Positions 33,706 through 44,068 of a DNA stretch of 64,000 nt are shown here, piece by piece; within the stretch, counting starts at the first letter, position 1; the number at the start of each line of letters is the position of its first letter. The notes beneath the pieces are model-generated. The model did not search any database. It was not told where the DNA came from and was given only the letters and a program-made list of their open reading frames with translations. The stretch lies in the NCBI GenBank assembly GCA_043800555.1, contig JAZDMX010000017.1:4068-68067 (forward strand). The letters are read 5' to 3'. The DNA comes from Candidatus Omnitrophota bacterium. Lineage in GTDB: Bacteria; Omnitrophota; Gorgyraeia; Gygaellales; Profunditerraquicolaceae. The position numbers and the translations under genes are program-made.

Positions 33706-34548
33706 CTAGGCCATCGATAAATACCTCCCGGCTGAATATGAACTGCGCACATATGGAGCGCTTTCAATATGCAAAAATCCTAATTTTTCGCCTTTTTCTT
33801 TATAAAAACTAAATTTCTCCGGGGCAATATATTCTTTCACCGGATAATGGCGCTGGCCGGGAGAAAGATACTGCCCGATACTTAGGAAATCGCATTCTAC
33901 CAAACGTAAATCTTTCATTACCGAGAAAACCTCTTCTTCGCTCTCTCCCAGGCCCAACATAATGCCTGATTTCGTCTTAACCAGCGGAGATATTTTTTTA
34001 ATTATCCGCAGCACCTCCAGCGAACGTAAATAACTCGATCCTTGACGCACTTCTTTATAGAGTGACGGGACAGTTTCCACATTATGCGCGATAATATCCG
34101 GAAATACCCCTGCCACAATAGCCAGCGCCCCTAAAGAGAGCCTGAAATCCGGAATCAAAACCTCAATTGCCGCCTTAGGCGACTTTTGACGGATGCTTAG
34201 GACCGTATCGGCAAAAACTCCTGCTCCTCCATCGGGAAGATCATCCCGGGTAACGCTGGTTATGACCACATGCTTTAAAGAAAGCATCTCTACCGCCTCC
34301 GCGACCCGCCCGGGTTCATCCAGGTCCGGAGCAAGAGGGCTGCCTTTTTCAATATTGCAAAAAGCGCACATACGCGTGCAATACCGGCCGAGTATCAAAA
34401 AAGTAGCTTCATTGCGGGAAAAACACTCTCCCATGTTCGGGCACATCGCTTGTTCGCAAACCGTATTAACCCGCAAGCCTTTCAATAGCTGCTTCACTTT
34501 TAAACAATCCTTGAGGTTTATTTTCTTATCCAGCCAGGGCGGCCTCAT
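33706..34548 (-). CDS. lipA: Lipoyl synthase LipA.
   Basis: CPNMGEC and CTRMCAFCNI radical-SAM / auxiliary cluster motifs. Start placed at MRPPWLDKK. Confidence 0.9.
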   Translation of the reverse strand: MRPPWLDKKINLKDCLKVKQLLKGLRVNTVCEQAMCPNMGECFSRNEATFLILGRYCTRMCAFCNIEKGSPLAPDLDEPGRVAEAVEMLSLKHVVITSVTRDDLPDGGAGVFADTVLSIRQKSPKAAIEVLIPDFRLSLGALAIVAGVFPDIIAHNVETVPSLYKEVRQGSSYLRSLEVLRIIKKISPLVKTKSGIMLGLGESEEEVFSVMKDLRLVECDFLSIGQYLSPGQRHYPVKEYIAPEKFSFYKEKGEKLGFLHIESAPYVRSSYSAGRYLSMA

Positions 34549-35272
34549 ATAAAGACTCTTTCTCTTGCATAAAACAGGCCCCAAAAGAGCAGGCAAAGGC
34601 ATCAATAAGTTTTTCTTCCAGTTTAACTTTATCCGGAACCGCTGCCAGCTCTTCGCCAAGAGCGGTTACGCTTAAAGATATATCTTCGGGCAATGACTTT
34701 AGGTAGCGGCGCGCATAGCCCCAATCGATGCTACAGGGGATAGAACCATGCTGGAATATAACCCTCCTTCTACGCTTCTGCGCGTTCCCTCCGATTTTCC
34801 TGCCATTAATGACAATATCGTATTTTTCGTAAGACGCGCTGCAAAGCTCGTGCGGGACGCACCTATCCTGGAAACCTGCCGACTCAAGCGCAAAATTTGC
34901 CTGAAGGCCCAAAGATTCATAAAACCGGATAAGAAACGCGCATATCCGCTTATAAGAAACGAGCACTTCCTGCGGTTCTCCCACATCCCGCTTATCGCAA
35001 ACAAAACTATAGGTTATTTCATCATGATGAAAGAGTATCCCTCCGCCGGTAATCCTCTTAACTACCTCAACCCCGTCAGATATACAGCGCTTGGAATCAA
35101 TCTCCCGCCCGGGCTGCTGCGAAACCCCGTAAGTAAAAGAAGGCGCTTTCCAACGGTACAGGCGAAATACCGGTATGCCATCTTCGAGATAACGGTTGAA
35201 TATTTTCTCATCCAGGGCCATATTATAAACGCCGGTTTCCGGATGCGTTCGGATAAGCCTGAATTTTCTCAT
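34526..35272 (-). CDS. Octanoyl/lipoyl transferase of the LplA/LipM family.
   Basis: KRITGGGILFHHDEITYSF and GRKIGGNAQKRRR, a BPL_LplA_LipB catalytic domain. Confidence 0.65.
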   Translation of the reverse strand: MRKFRLIRTHPETGVYNMALDEKIFNRYLEDGIPVFRLYRWKAPSFTYGVSQQPGREIDSKRCISDGVEVVKRITGGGILFHHDEITYSFVCDKRDVGEPQEVLVSYKRICAFLIRFYESLGLQANFALESAGFQDRCVPHELCSASYEKYDIVINGRKIGGNAQKRRRRVIFQHGSIPCSIDWGYARRYLKSLPEDISLSVTALGEELAAVPDKVKLEEKLIDAFACSFGACFMQEKESLYEAALAG

Positions 35273-35286
35273 ATTTTTATTAGCTC

Positions 35287-36735
35287 TTAGGGTTGCCAGC
35301 GCAGGCGCGGTTCGCGCGCGGCTTTTGTCTCATCCAGGCGTTTAACCGGCGTATGAACCGGGGCCCGCGTAACACAGGAGGGGTCTTCTTCGGCGAGGCG
35401 GGCAATTTCAATCATAACTTCAATAAACTCATCCAGCGTTTCTTTTGATTCGGTTTCCGTCGGCTCAATCATAAGCGCTTCTTTGACTATCAAAGGAAAG
35501 TATATTGTCGGAGGATGATACCCTTTATCGATAAGGAATTTGGCAATATCCAACGCGTGGACTCCGTTTTTCGCCTGGCGGGAAGCCGAGAAAACACACT
35601 CATGCATGCAGGCCTTATCAAAAGCGGGCTCGTAATATCCTTTTAGCCTTACCCGGCAATAGTTAGCGTTTAGCACCGCTATTTCGGCTGCCCTAATTAA
35701 TCCGGCTTTGCCTAAACATAACATATAAGCGTAAGCTTTGAGGATTACGCCAAAATTCCCATAAAAAGGCGCTACATAGCCAATCGACTTATGCCGATTA
35801 TAATCCAGGGCCAAGGTCCCGTCTGACCTGCGGATAACCCGCGAAATAGGGAGGAAATCAACTAACTTTTCGCTTACGCCAACTGGCCCTGCGCCCGGCC
35901 CGCCGCCGCCGTGCGGAGTGGCAAATGTTTTATGCAGATTTATATGCACAACGTCAAAACCAAGGTCCCCGGGGCGGGCTTTGCCCAGAAGCGCGTTAAG
36001 ATTAGCGCCATCATAATACATTAAAGCCCCTGCCGCATGCGCCATGTCGGCGATTTTCTTGATATCCGGATTAAAAATACCCAGGGTATCCGGGCAAGTG
36101 AGCATAACTGCCGCGACTTCATCATTTAACTTCTTTTTATACTCTCCTAAATCCATATATCCTTCTTTATCCGTAGGAATCACAATTACCTGATACCCGG
36201 CAATGGCCGCGCTCGCAGGATTTGTCCCATGAGATGAATCCGGGACAATAACATATTTCCTGCGCGAGCCCTTATCTTTATGATAAGCGGCAATAAGCAT
36301 TATACCAGTCAGCTCGCCATGGGCGCCGGCCAAAGGCTGCATGGTAAAAGCGCTCATACCGCTAATCTCGGCAAGAAGTTTTTCCGTTTCATATAATACT
36401 TCCAGCGAGCCCTGGGCAAGCATCCCTCCCCCGGAAAGCTGCGGGAGCAAAGGATGCACTTGCTGAAAGCCCTCGAAAGACGCAACGCGCTCGGTAAATT
36501 TCGGGTTATACTTCATCGTGCATGAACCAAGCGGGTAGAAATTTGTATCCACGGAATAATTAAGCCGGGAAAGATTAGTATAATGCCGCACCACGTCTAA
36601 TTCGCTCAAGGAAGGTAAAAGCGCGCCGCTTAAGCGGCAGTATTTCTTTGCCAAAGGTTTTATTCCGTCAACATCCGCTTTAGCGTATGAAAAACCGCTC
36701 CTGCCTTCTTTGTGTTTTTCGAAAATAAGTCTCAT
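35287..36735 (-). CDS. gcvPB: Glycine dehydrogenase (decarboxylating) subunit 2, GcvPB.
   Basis: MRLIFEKHKEGRSGFS N-terminus and the NLHKTF PLP lysine. The ATG overlaps the gcvPA stop in an ATGA arrangement. Confidence 0.9.
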   Translation of the reverse strand: MRLIFEKHKEGRSGFSYAKADVDGIKPLAKKYCRLSGALLPSLSELDVVRHYTNLSRLNYSVDTNFYPLGSCTMKYNPKFTERVASFEGFQQVHPLLPQLSGGGMLAQGSLEVLYETEKLLAEISGMSAFTMQPLAGAHGELTGIMLIAAYHKDKGSRRKYVIVPDSSHGTNPASAAIAGYQVIVIPTDKEGYMDLGEYKKKLNDEVAAVMLTCPDTLGIFNPDIKKIADMAHAAGALMYYDGANLNALLGKARPGDLGFDVVHINLHKTFATPHGGGGPGAGPVGVSEKLVDFLPISRVIRRSDGTLALDYNRHKSIGYVAPFYGNFGVILKAYAYMLCLGKAGLIRAAEIAVLNANYCRVRLKGYYEPAFDKACMHECVFSASRQAKNGVHALDIAKFLIDKGYHPPTIYFPLIVKEALMIEPTETESKETLDEFIEVMIEIARLAEEDPSCVTRAPVHTPVKRLDETKAAREPRLRWQP

Positions 36736-38066
36736 TGTAAAACCGCCTCCAGGCTGTCGGCGAACAGGCAAATCTCCTCTTTTGTCCTTTTTTCGGTAAC
36801 GGCGACCAAGAGGTAATTGTCCATACCTTTATAAAACCTTCCCAAAGGGAAACCGCAGGCAAAACCCTTATCGATCATGCGGTAGACAACCTCATCCGCA
36901 TGCCGTTTAAGGCAAATCGTGAATTCATTGAATGTGGGAGAGCTGGACTTCACCTCCACATCGGGAATACGCGATAAAACTTTCTTGGCAAATTCTGCTT
37001 TCTGATAGTTATGCTCGGCCAATTCTTTTAGCCCATCCCTGCCCAAAAGCGCGGCAAATACCACCGCGCGCAGGGCGCAGAGCGCCTCATTGGAACATAT
37101 ATTGGAGGTGGCTTTTTCGCGGCGGATATGCTGCTCGCGCGTCTGGAGCGTTAAGACAAAACCGCGCTTGCCGTCGCTATCAACCGTCTCCCCGACAATC
37201 CTGCCGGGCATCGAACGCACTATTTCTTTTTTCACGGACATAAAGCCCAGGTATGGCCCGCCAAAAGAAAGAGGGATACCTAAGCTTTGGCCTTCTCCGG
37301 TAGCGATATCAAAACCCATTTCTCCCGGCGGCTTTAACATGCCGAGAGAAACCGGATACACCGAGGCAATTGCCAGGGCCCCGGACTTACGCACGCGCTC
37401 GACAACATCGCTATAGTCGTCAATAGCTCCAAAAAAATTAGGGTTTTGCAGGATCACCGCCGCAGTCTTATCGTCAAGATGTTTAAAAAGCTCCTCCCGC
37501 GAACTCTGGCCGTGCACAACCGGGATCTCTACGAATTCAACGGAAAGATTGGAAGTATAAGTATAAAGCATGGTGCGATAAATCAGGTTCACTCCGCTAT
37601 CCACAATGATTTTATTGCGGCGGGTAAGCCTTACCGCCATCATCGCCGCTTCATAAAGGGCCGTACCGCCGTCATATAATGAAGCGTTGGCAACGTCAAG
37701 GCCCGTAAGCTCGCAAATAACCGTCTGGTATTCGTAGATCGCCTGCAGCCACCCCTGGGAGCATTCCGGTTGATACGGCGTGTAAGCGGTGTAAAATTCC
37801 GGGCGGCCGGCGATCGCCTCCACTGCCGCGGGAATAAAATGGTCATAGAATCCGGCGCCGACAAAATTAGTCAGGTGCGTGGCGTTCTTCGCGGAGAGCT
37901 TGCGTAAATGCTGGGTTACCTCAAACTCCGATTTTGCCGCCGGGATATTGAATGATTTCGGTTTGAGCTCAATAGGGATATCTTTAAAAAGGTCATCGAT
38001 GCTAGCGGCACCAATTACCTTAAGCATTTGCCGGATATCATCCTGCGTATGCGGAATATAACTCAT
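36732..38066 (-). CDS. gcvPA: Glycine dehydrogenase subunit 1, GcvPA.
   Basis: Full-length GcvPA-like sequence. Confidence 0.9.
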   Translation of the reverse strand: MSYIPHTQDDIRQMLKVIGAASIDDLFKDIPIELKPKSFNIPAAKSEFEVTQHLRKLSAKNATHLTNFVGAGFYDHFIPAAVEAIAGRPEFYTAYTPYQPECSQGWLQAIYEYQTVICELTGLDVANASLYDGGTALYEAAMMAVRLTRRNKIIVDSGVNLIYRTMLYTYTSNLSVEFVEIPVVHGQSSREELFKHLDDKTAAVILQNPNFFGAIDDYSDVVERVRKSGALAIASVYPVSLGMLKPPGEMGFDIATGEGQSLGIPLSFGGPYLGFMSVKKEIVRSMPGRIVGETVDSDGKRGFVLTLQTREQHIRREKATSNICSNEALCALRAVVFAALLGRDGLKELAEHNYQKAEFAKKVLSRIPDVEVKSSSPTFNEFTICLKRHADEVVYRMIDKGFACGFPLGRFYKGMDNYLLVAVTEKRTKEEICLFADSLEAVLQ

Positions 38067-38455
38067 TTAGAAAGGCCCTCGACATAATTACGATACTTTA
38101 CCGCATCCATAAGGCTTGACTTCTCCGCTTCATCGGTAATTTCCATTACTAAAAAATAACCCTCTTTATACGCGGATTGGTTAACCAACTCCGGGTGGTT
38201 GGCCAACTCCGGGTTAATCGAAATGACCTTTCCTGAAAAAGGCGAATATACATCCGAAGCAGCTTTAACCGATTCAACCGTAGCGCAAAATTCCGCCTGT
38301 TTCAGGGAATCTCCGATTTTAGGCAAATCAACAAAGGTTATATCGCCTAACAAAGACTGGGCGTAATCGGTAATGCCAATGTAAGCGGCCTTTCCTTCGA
38401 CGCGCGCCCATTCATGCTCCTTAGTGTAAAAAAGACCCTCTGGTATGTTCATCAA
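38063..38455 (-). CDS. gcvH: Glycine cleavage system H protein.
   Basis: MMNIPEGLFYTKEHEWARVEG. Lipoyl-lysine motif ESVKAASD. Confidence 0.9.
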   Translation of the reverse strand: MMNIPEGLFYTKEHEWARVEGKAAYIGITDYAQSLLGDITFVDLPKIGDSLKQAEFCATVESVKAASDVYSPFSGKVISINPELANHPELVNQSAYKEGYFLVMEITDEAEKSSLMDAVKYRNYVEGLSK

Positions 38456-38467
38456 AGCTCCTCTCCT

Positions 38468-39559
38468 TTAAGATTGCGCTTTATTATAAAAAGGCTTCTT
38501 AACAATAGTTACCGGGATTTCTGCTCCCAAAGGCCCAACCATAAGCTGTGCGCCAACCCCGTAATTACCGCAAATATAGCCCATGCCTATACCGGCCAAA
38601 AGGCTGGGAGAAAAAGAACCGCTGGTTACTTCACCTATACGCTTGCCTTCACTAGATATGGCAAAGCCATGGCGCGGGGCACGCCGGGAATCTGCTTTAA
38701 AACAAACCAGGCGTTCTTTCGGCCCGCCTGCCTTCTCCTTCAGCAAAGCGCCTTTTCCGATAAAATCCTTGGAGAAATCAACAAATCTCTCTAGGCTAGC
38801 GGCTAGCGGAGTATGATTGGCATCAATATCCTGGCCGTAAAGCGGATATGCCATTTCCAGGCGTAAGGTATCGCGGCAGCCTAAACCCGCGGGCTTGACC
38901 CGTTTATCTTTAAGCAAGGTTTCCCATAAATCTTTTAGCCGGCCGGTAGAGATATATATTTCGTATCCGAGCTCTCCGGTATAACCGGTGCGGCTGATTA
39001 TACAACTTTCTTGGCCAAAAGAAAACTCGGCAAAAGTATAATAATTAAGCCTGCCTACAGCCTCCCCGAAAATAATTTTAAGCGCTTCCTTTGATTGCGG
39101 GCCCTGCACATCAAGTTTCCCCAGGGAGCTGGAAACATTTTGCAGGTTATCGCATTTTAAAAGATTCTTCCTTAAATGCCCCAGGTCGCTAGCAATAGTT
39201 GCGGCGTTAACCACCAGCATCCAGGAGCTTTTATTAAGACGATACACTATAAGATCATCAAGTATGCCTCCGGATTCATTGAGCATAAAACCGTAACGGC
39301 AGGAACCTGTTGGCGTAGAAATTATATTCTGGGTAACAATACGGTCAAGCCCGCTTGAAACAGCATCATCCTCCAGCCTGAACTCGCCCATATGGCAAAT
39401 ATCGAATACGGAAACCGAATTACGCGTATGCGCATGTTCAGCCAGAATCCCCTCATATTGAATAGGCATCAGCCATCCGCCAAAAGGAGCCATCTTGGCG
39501 CCAAGAGAAAGATGTGATGCGTAAAGCGGAGTTTTGAGCAAAGTATCGGAGGTATCCAT
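38468..39559 (-). CDS. gcvT: Aminomethyltransferase GcvT.
   Basis: Full-length GcvT-like sequence. Confidence 0.9.
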   Translation of the reverse strand: MDTSDTLLKTPLYASHLSLGAKMAPFGGWLMPIQYEGILAEHAHTRNSVSVFDICHMGEFRLEDDAVSSGLDRIVTQNIISTPTGSCRYGFMLNESGGILDDLIVYRLNKSSWMLVVNAATIASDLGHLRKNLLKCDNLQNVSSSLGKLDVQGPQSKEALKIIFGEAVGRLNYYTFAEFSFGQESCIISRTGYTGELGYEIYISTGRLKDLWETLLKDKRVKPAGLGCRDTLRLEMAYPLYGQDIDANHTPLAASLERFVDFSKDFIGKGALLKEKAGGPKERLVCFKADSRRAPRHGFAISSEGKRIGEVTSGSFSPSLLAGIGMGYICGNYGVGAQLMVGPLGAEIPVTIVKKPFYNKAQS

Positions 39560-39565
39560 AAAACC

Positions 39566-39916
39566 TTAGGCTTGTTCTATCTCGATTGATTCAATAATAA
39601 ACTCTTCGTTATTCAGAAGTTCAAAATCGCTAGCCCCGCAGGCCGGGCAGCTGGCGACAGGAGCGGCAATCTCCGCGGCTTTATGGCATTTATTGCATTT
39701 TATCCCGGGCTTGTTCTTGCGGATATCCAAAAGCACGTTCTTAAAGCCTTCATTTTCATTTAACAGTGTAAACGCCGAACGCAGGCTCTCCGGGGTTACG
39801 TGGGTAAAAGGCCCCAGAATAATATTAACCTTAACGCCTTTGCAATCTTGTTTATTTCCGATTTTTTCTTTTAATAAAACGGCTATCCTGCTGGCAAAAT
39901 GCATATCGTGCATCAA
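39566..39916 (-). CDS. hypA: HypA-like [NiFe]-hydrogenase nickel-insertion zinc-finger protein.
   Basis: MHDMH N-terminus, CNKCHK ... CPACG zinc finger, and a C-terminal IESIEIE resembling HypA. Confidence 0.6.
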   Translation of the reverse strand: MMHDMHFASRIAVLLKEKIGNKQDCKGVKVNIILGPFTHVTPESLRSAFTLLNENEGFKNVLLDIRKNKPGIKCNKCHKAAEIAAPVASCPACGASDFELLNNEEFIIESIEIEQA

Positions 39917-39930
39917 CCCACCTCATCAGA

Positions 39931-40893
39931 CTATAAATACGCCTTATCCTTTAAATACAGGCTATACTCCTTAATAGCTTCCCTTAAGGGCATAAACTCA
40001 TGCCGACAGCCTGCCGCCCTTACCTTCTCCATTTTGGCTTGAGTAAAATATTGGTATTTCGGTTTTATCTCTTGCGGCATTTCGATGTATTCAATTTTTG
40101 GCTCCCGGCCTAAAGCGGAAAAACAAGCCTGGGCCAGCTCATTCCATGTCTGGGGCTTTCCTGCCCCTAAATTAAAGATACCTCTTTTATCGGGTTTAGT
40201 AAAGAAAAAATACATTATTTCGACCGCGTCCTTAACGTAAATAAAATCCCTTTTTTGGGCTCCGTCTTTATAGCCAGGATGGCCTGACTTAAAAAGGCGC
40301 ATTGGCTTGCCGGATCTAACTTCATCAAAACGCTTGCAGATAACGCTCATCATTTCAGCCTTATGGTATTCATTGGGGCCGAAAACATTGAAAAATTTGA
40401 AGCCAACTGATTTCTTTAGAAGCCCGCTTTTTAGCATCCACAGGTCAAACAGATGCTTTGTATACCCGTAGATATTAAGCGGCTTGAGGCTATTAAGCTT
40501 GCTTTCGGCGTCGTCATAGCCATTACTGCCGTCGCCATACGTAGCCGCTGAAGAAGCGTAAATAAACCTTACGCTATGGGCGTTAGCCCACTGCGCAAGG
40601 CGTTTGGAGTATTCGTAATTATTTTTTAGAAGATAAGCGGCGTCGTTTAGAAGGGTTGAACTGCAGGCGCCTAAATGAACGATTGCCTTAATGCGGGGAA
40701 ACTTCCCGGATTCCAGGATATCCAAAAAATCATCTTTTTGAATATAATCACGGAATTTCTTGCCGACGAGGTTTCTCCACTTGCAGCTGTCAGTAAGGTT
40801 ATCGACAACAATTACATCATCTATGCCTTCTTGATTAAGCCTCCATAAGAAGCAGCTACCGATAAAACCGGCGCCGCCGGTCAGAATAATCAC
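39931..40893 (-). CDS. hldD: ADP-L-glycero-D-manno-heptose 6-epimerase.
   Basis: MIILTGGAGFIGS, IVHLGACSST, NNYEYSK and YASSAATYGDG, matching HldD/RfaD along its full length. Confidence 0.8.
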   Translation of the reverse strand: MIILTGGAGFIGSCFLWRLNQEGIDDVIVVDNLTDSCKWRNLVGKKFRDYIQKDDFLDILESGKFPRIKAIVHLGACSSTLLNDAAYLLKNNYEYSKRLAQWANAHSVRFIYASSAATYGDGSNGYDDAESKLNSLKPLNIYGYTKHLFDLWMLKSGLLKKSVGFKFFNVFGPNEYHKAEMMSVICKRFDEVRSGKPMRLFKSGHPGYKDGAQKRDFIYVKDAVEIMYFFFTKPDKRGIFNLGAGKPQTWNELAQACFSALGREPKIEYIEMPQEIKPKYQYFTQAKMEKVRAAGCRHEFMPLREAIKEYSLYLKDKAYL

Positions 40894-40900
40894 CGTAAAA

Positions 40901-41233
40901 TCATTCTTTCTTGCTTAAGAGCTTACCGATTAACAAAACCACGCCAACAGTAACCAAAACACCGATTACAGCTGAAACTATATACGCAACACTTAAGCCG
41001 CCCAACCCTTTTTCCTCCCACCCTTTAAAAGCATAATCCGGAATAGGCGCGCTCCAGAGCCCAGAGAGTTTCTCAAGCCCTTGCGGGATATACCCGACCA
41101 GTTCTTTAATTCCGTCGGTTCCCCACTCTCCCCAGGCATCCCCGGCTTTAAAACGCTCAGGGAGCAATAAACCTAAAGGAGAGAGAATTATTAAAATTCC
41201 CATACCGATCCATAACTTAGTAATGAGTTTCAT
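40901..41233 (-). CDS. PDGLE-domain small membrane protein, a CbiN/NikN-like component of a Ni/Co ECF-type uptake system.
   Basis: Two TM segments flank a periplasmic loop. It sits immediately downstream of the CbiM/NikM gene and overlaps it by 4 nt. Confidence 0.5.
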   Translation of the reverse strand: MKLITKLWIGMGILIILSPLGLLLPERFKAGDAWGEWGTDGIKELVGYIPQGLEKLSGLWSAPIPDYAFKGWEEKGLGGLSVAYIVSAVIGVLVTVGVVLLIGKLLSKKE

Positions 41234-41916
41234 CCGGACACCCCCCCTTCTTCTATAAGCTCAGGAGATTGTTTTTGTAAATATTTAACTACCAATGCGG
41301 TAACAACAGCCTCTACCCAGCCAAATATCAACAAATGTTCACCTGCCATAGCAGGCACGGCGATATTAAACCCATAAGGGCAGTATAAAGCTTGCCCGGC
41401 GGCAGTATGATACAATAAAGGCTGTAAACCGAATTCTGCGCCGGCTAAAAGGGCGGCTGCATTAATACCTATATACCCGGCTATCCCGGCTGCTATTACT
41501 CTTCTGTTTGAGCCTATTGGCGCATTATAGCTAATTGCCCTATAGACATAATACCCTACAAACGGCAATACAAAAGCCATATTAAAGCAATTTGCGCCGA
41601 GAGCGGTGATGCCGCCGTCGCCAAATAACAACGCCTGGACAACCAAAGCGACTGTTATGGCAATACAGGCGGCCCAAGGCCCTAAAAGTATTGCCACCAA
41701 AACTCCTCCTACGGCGTGGCCGGTTGAACCTCCGGGAATAGGCACGTTGAACATCATAATCACAAAACTAAAAGCTGCTCCTATCGCCAAAACCGGCGCT
41801 TGCCTTGCTTTTAAAGTCTTCTTGACGATCTTTGAAGCAATTGCCCATATCGGCAGAATAACCGCGTAAGAAATCCCGCAGGTTGCCGGCCCTAAATAAC
41901 CATCCGGTATATGCAT
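41230..41916 (-). CDS. nikM: CbiM/NikM family cobalt/nickel transporter substrate-capture subunit.
   Basis: MHIPDGYL hallmark N-terminus, with multiple TM segments. Confidence 0.8.
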   Translation of the reverse strand: MHIPDGYLGPATCGISYAVILPIWAIASKIVKKTLKARQAPVLAIGAAFSFVIMMFNVPIPGGSTGHAVGGVLVAILLGPWAACIAITVALVVQALLFGDGGITALGANCFNMAFVLPFVGYYVYRAISYNAPIGSNRRVIAAGIAGYIGINAAALLAGAEFGLQPLLYHTAAGQALYCPYGFNIAVPAMAGEHLLIFGWVEAVVTALVVKYLQKQSPELIEEGGVSG

Positions 41917-41942
41917 GGTTCCTCCCTCCTTTTTATTATAAA

Positions 41943-43310
41943 TTAGAAATCCACCTGCGCCCTCATCCCGCCGACAAATATAGGAGCGGTATCCCCGGCA
42001 ACATCCTTGCCAAATGGATTCCAGATATACTGGAAGTCGGGGCTGATGGACAAGTGATCATTCACCTGTATTCTGTAATACGCCTCAAGGTGCCCTTCGG
42101 TTTTGGCCAAATAGCTGCTATTGGATTTCCTGTAATCATCCGAAGGGATTACTTGGCCAGCTGCAAAAGCAAACACATCTTTCTGCCTTCCCCAGGGCTT
42201 TCCTTCCACCTGAAAACCAGCGCTCCAGGATTGTTCAAGCGAATAGCTTGAGCCATCCGTCGCCGTTAATTCAGGATTATACACCTTCGGGTTTTGCCAG
42301 CCATAACGGAAAAACAGGGTCACAATATCATTGGCTTTCTGGTCAAAGCTCAAACCAAATCCATAAGCTGTTTCTTTGGCCTTTTCCGCATCAAGCCATT
42401 TAGTATGATTAGCGTTATTAGCCCAGCCATAGAAGCGGTAATTACCGGGAAGGTCCAGAAAATTAGTCTTAAGGCTGACCTGTCCGATATTAAAGAGGTT
42501 ATCTCCTATCTTCTCCCAGCTGCCTTTAGCGTTGAATAATCCATAGCCTAATTCCAGCCACTCTGCCGGAAGATAAGCAACCCGGATACCGGCGTTATTG
42601 TCGGGAAATTCGACCGTGGGCGCGTTACGAAAAATCCTCCCCAAAAACTGGGTAGTTTCGTCATTGGCAACTTCATTCTGGTCAAAATAAGCAGTAGGGT
42701 CAAGCTTACCGAAAGTCAAAGCTACCTTATTTTTGAATAAGTTCTGTTCATACCAAAGTTCAGTTACCTCAACTTTGGCCTCGCTCTCACCGGCGTCGCG
42801 GTTAACATTACTATATAAGGTAAGGTTGTCCTCTAAGCCTGCGCCCTGGCCGGCTTCTAAGTGCAGGAACGCCCTGCTGTTTACTGCCTTGAATTCCTTC
42901 GCTAGAATGATATCCGCCGAATATGAGCCATCGGTACGGTTCTGCTTCAGCGTTGAGCCGTCGCCATTATAATTAACATTGTTGGCCCCCTGGAGAATAA
43001 AAGTTGCTCCTGCGCCAAGCTCAAGCCCTTCCATAAGCTGCATAGGTTCAGACGGAACGCGCTTAAGCTTTTCTTCAAATTGGGACAGCCTGGATTCATA
43101 GCCGGTAATCGCTTGCTGTTGCGCCTGGGCCTTTGAATCCTGCGCGGCTATATACCTTTCCTGGTCCGAAACTTTCTTCTCTAAGATAGCGACGCGCTCC
43201 TTAAGCTGGTTGATCTCATCTCTTACGAATCCTGCATCGGCAAATACCGGCGCAAAGCAAAGAAAAGAGAAGACTGCCGAACACAATGCTGCTTTCTTAA
43301 AAACTGCCAT
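41943..43310 (-). CDS. Outer-membrane beta-barrel porin (OprB-like) with an N-terminal coiled coil.
   Basis: Signal peptide MAVFKKAALCSAVFSFLCFAPVFA, a coiled coil, an aromatic/Gly-rich barrel, and a C-terminal F. Start chosen at the internal Met. Confidence 0.5.
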   Translation of the reverse strand: MAVFKKAALCSAVFSFLCFAPVFADAGFVRDEINQLKERVAILEKKVSDQERYIAAQDSKAQAQQQAITGYESRLSQFEEKLKRVPSEPMQLMEGLELGAGATFILQGANNVNYNGDGSTLKQNRTDGSYSADIILAKEFKAVNSRAFLHLEAGQGAGLEDNLTLYSNVNRDAGESEAKVEVTELWYEQNLFKNKVALTFGKLDPTAYFDQNEVANDETTQFLGRIFRNAPTVEFPDNNAGIRVAYLPAEWLELGYGLFNAKGSWEKIGDNLFNIGQVSLKTNFLDLPGNYRFYGWANNANHTKWLDAEKAKETAYGFGLSFDQKANDIVTLFFRYGWQNPKVYNPELTATDGSSYSLEQSWSAGFQVEGKPWGRQKDVFAFAAGQVIPSDDYRKSNSSYLAKTEGHLEAYYRIQVNDHLSISPDFQYIWNPFGKDVAGDTAPIFVGGMRAQVDF

Positions 43311-43504
43311 AAATATACCCCCTTTTTTTATCTGTTGTTTGCTCCAGCTCAAAGCTGTGGTATACTTATGGCTGGGCTTGGTTGTTTAATGTTCTTCGCC
43401 AGGTACCGCGCCCCGCCGGAATCTTTTGCGAGAGGATGGCGGGGTGTTATTTCATGATACTTTTATATATTTCGTGCTACTATGAACCAAAAAAATAATA
43501 CCCT

Positions 43505-43918
43505 TTAAATATCGCTCCCTGTGCTTGACATACTTAGAGTAGCGTTTTTTACCCATTTTACCGCCTTAAGCGTATCGGCAAGCTCCTGCGCCTGGCCGGG
43601 CTTTCCTTTAACCGCAATTATTTCCAGGCAGTTGTGATGGTCTAAATGAATATGCTGGGTAGAAATAATAACTTTGCTAAAGTTATGCTGTATATCCATT
43701 AATTTGTTGACAAGCTCGCGCTTATGATGGCCGTAAACCATCGTGATAGTCCCGACTATCTGCCGATCTCCCTGCCATTGCTTCTTTATCAGGTCTTCCC
43801 GGATAAGGTCGCGTATGGCTTCAGAACGGTTGGTATATTTTTTCTCTTGAAGGTGAGAATCAAAACTAGCAAGCAAATCTCTCTCTAAAGACACCCCGAA
43901 CCTGACTAAGCGAGTCAT
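43505..43918 (-). CDS. nikR: Nickel-responsive transcriptional regulator NikR.
   Basis: Ribbon-helix-helix N-terminus (NRSEAIRDLIRE) and a C-terminal metal-binding domain HIHLDHHNCLE. Confidence 0.8.
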   Translation of the reverse strand: MTRLVRFGVSLERDLLASFDSHLQEKKYTNRSEAIRDLIREDLIKKQWQGDRQIVGTITMVYGHHKRELVNKLMDIQHNFSKVIISTQHIHLDHHNCLEIIAVKGKPGQAQELADTLKAVKWVKNATLSMSSTGSDI

Positions 43919-43996
43919 TTATGGCTCCCGGTAAATTGTATTACGATTTTTATAATGATAACACATAGCCCAATCTTGTCAAGGAAATAATTATCC

Positions 43997-44068
43997 AAAA
44001 AAAGGGGGACGTTTCTACTTTTCTAGAACTAAACCCGGAAAAGTAGAAACGTCCCCCTTTTTTTTTAC
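43997..44068. repeat. REP-like palindromic element, copy 15, overlapping the stop of the bla-like gene.
   Basis: GGGGGACGTTTCTACTTTTC tagaactaaacccg GAAAAGTAGAAACGTCCCCC. Confidence 0.9.

Noticed and set aside
35300-39500. Many 60-150 aa ORFs antisense to or out of frame within gcvT/gcvP, eno, pilB, GH94 and other genes.
   Set aside because: They are embedded in long, well-supported CDSs with clear homology on the other frame or strand.
39560-39570. A glycine riboswitch upstream of gcvT.
   Set aside because: Only ~6 nt separate gcvT from hypA. There is no room for a ~100-nt riboswitch, and the operon appears to be driven from further upstream.
43430-43466. A CCCCGCC...GGCGGGG hairpin downstream of nikR as its terminator.
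   Set aside because: The loop is about 20 nt and there is no U-run on the minus strand after the stem. It may still be a weak terminator. Not annotated.
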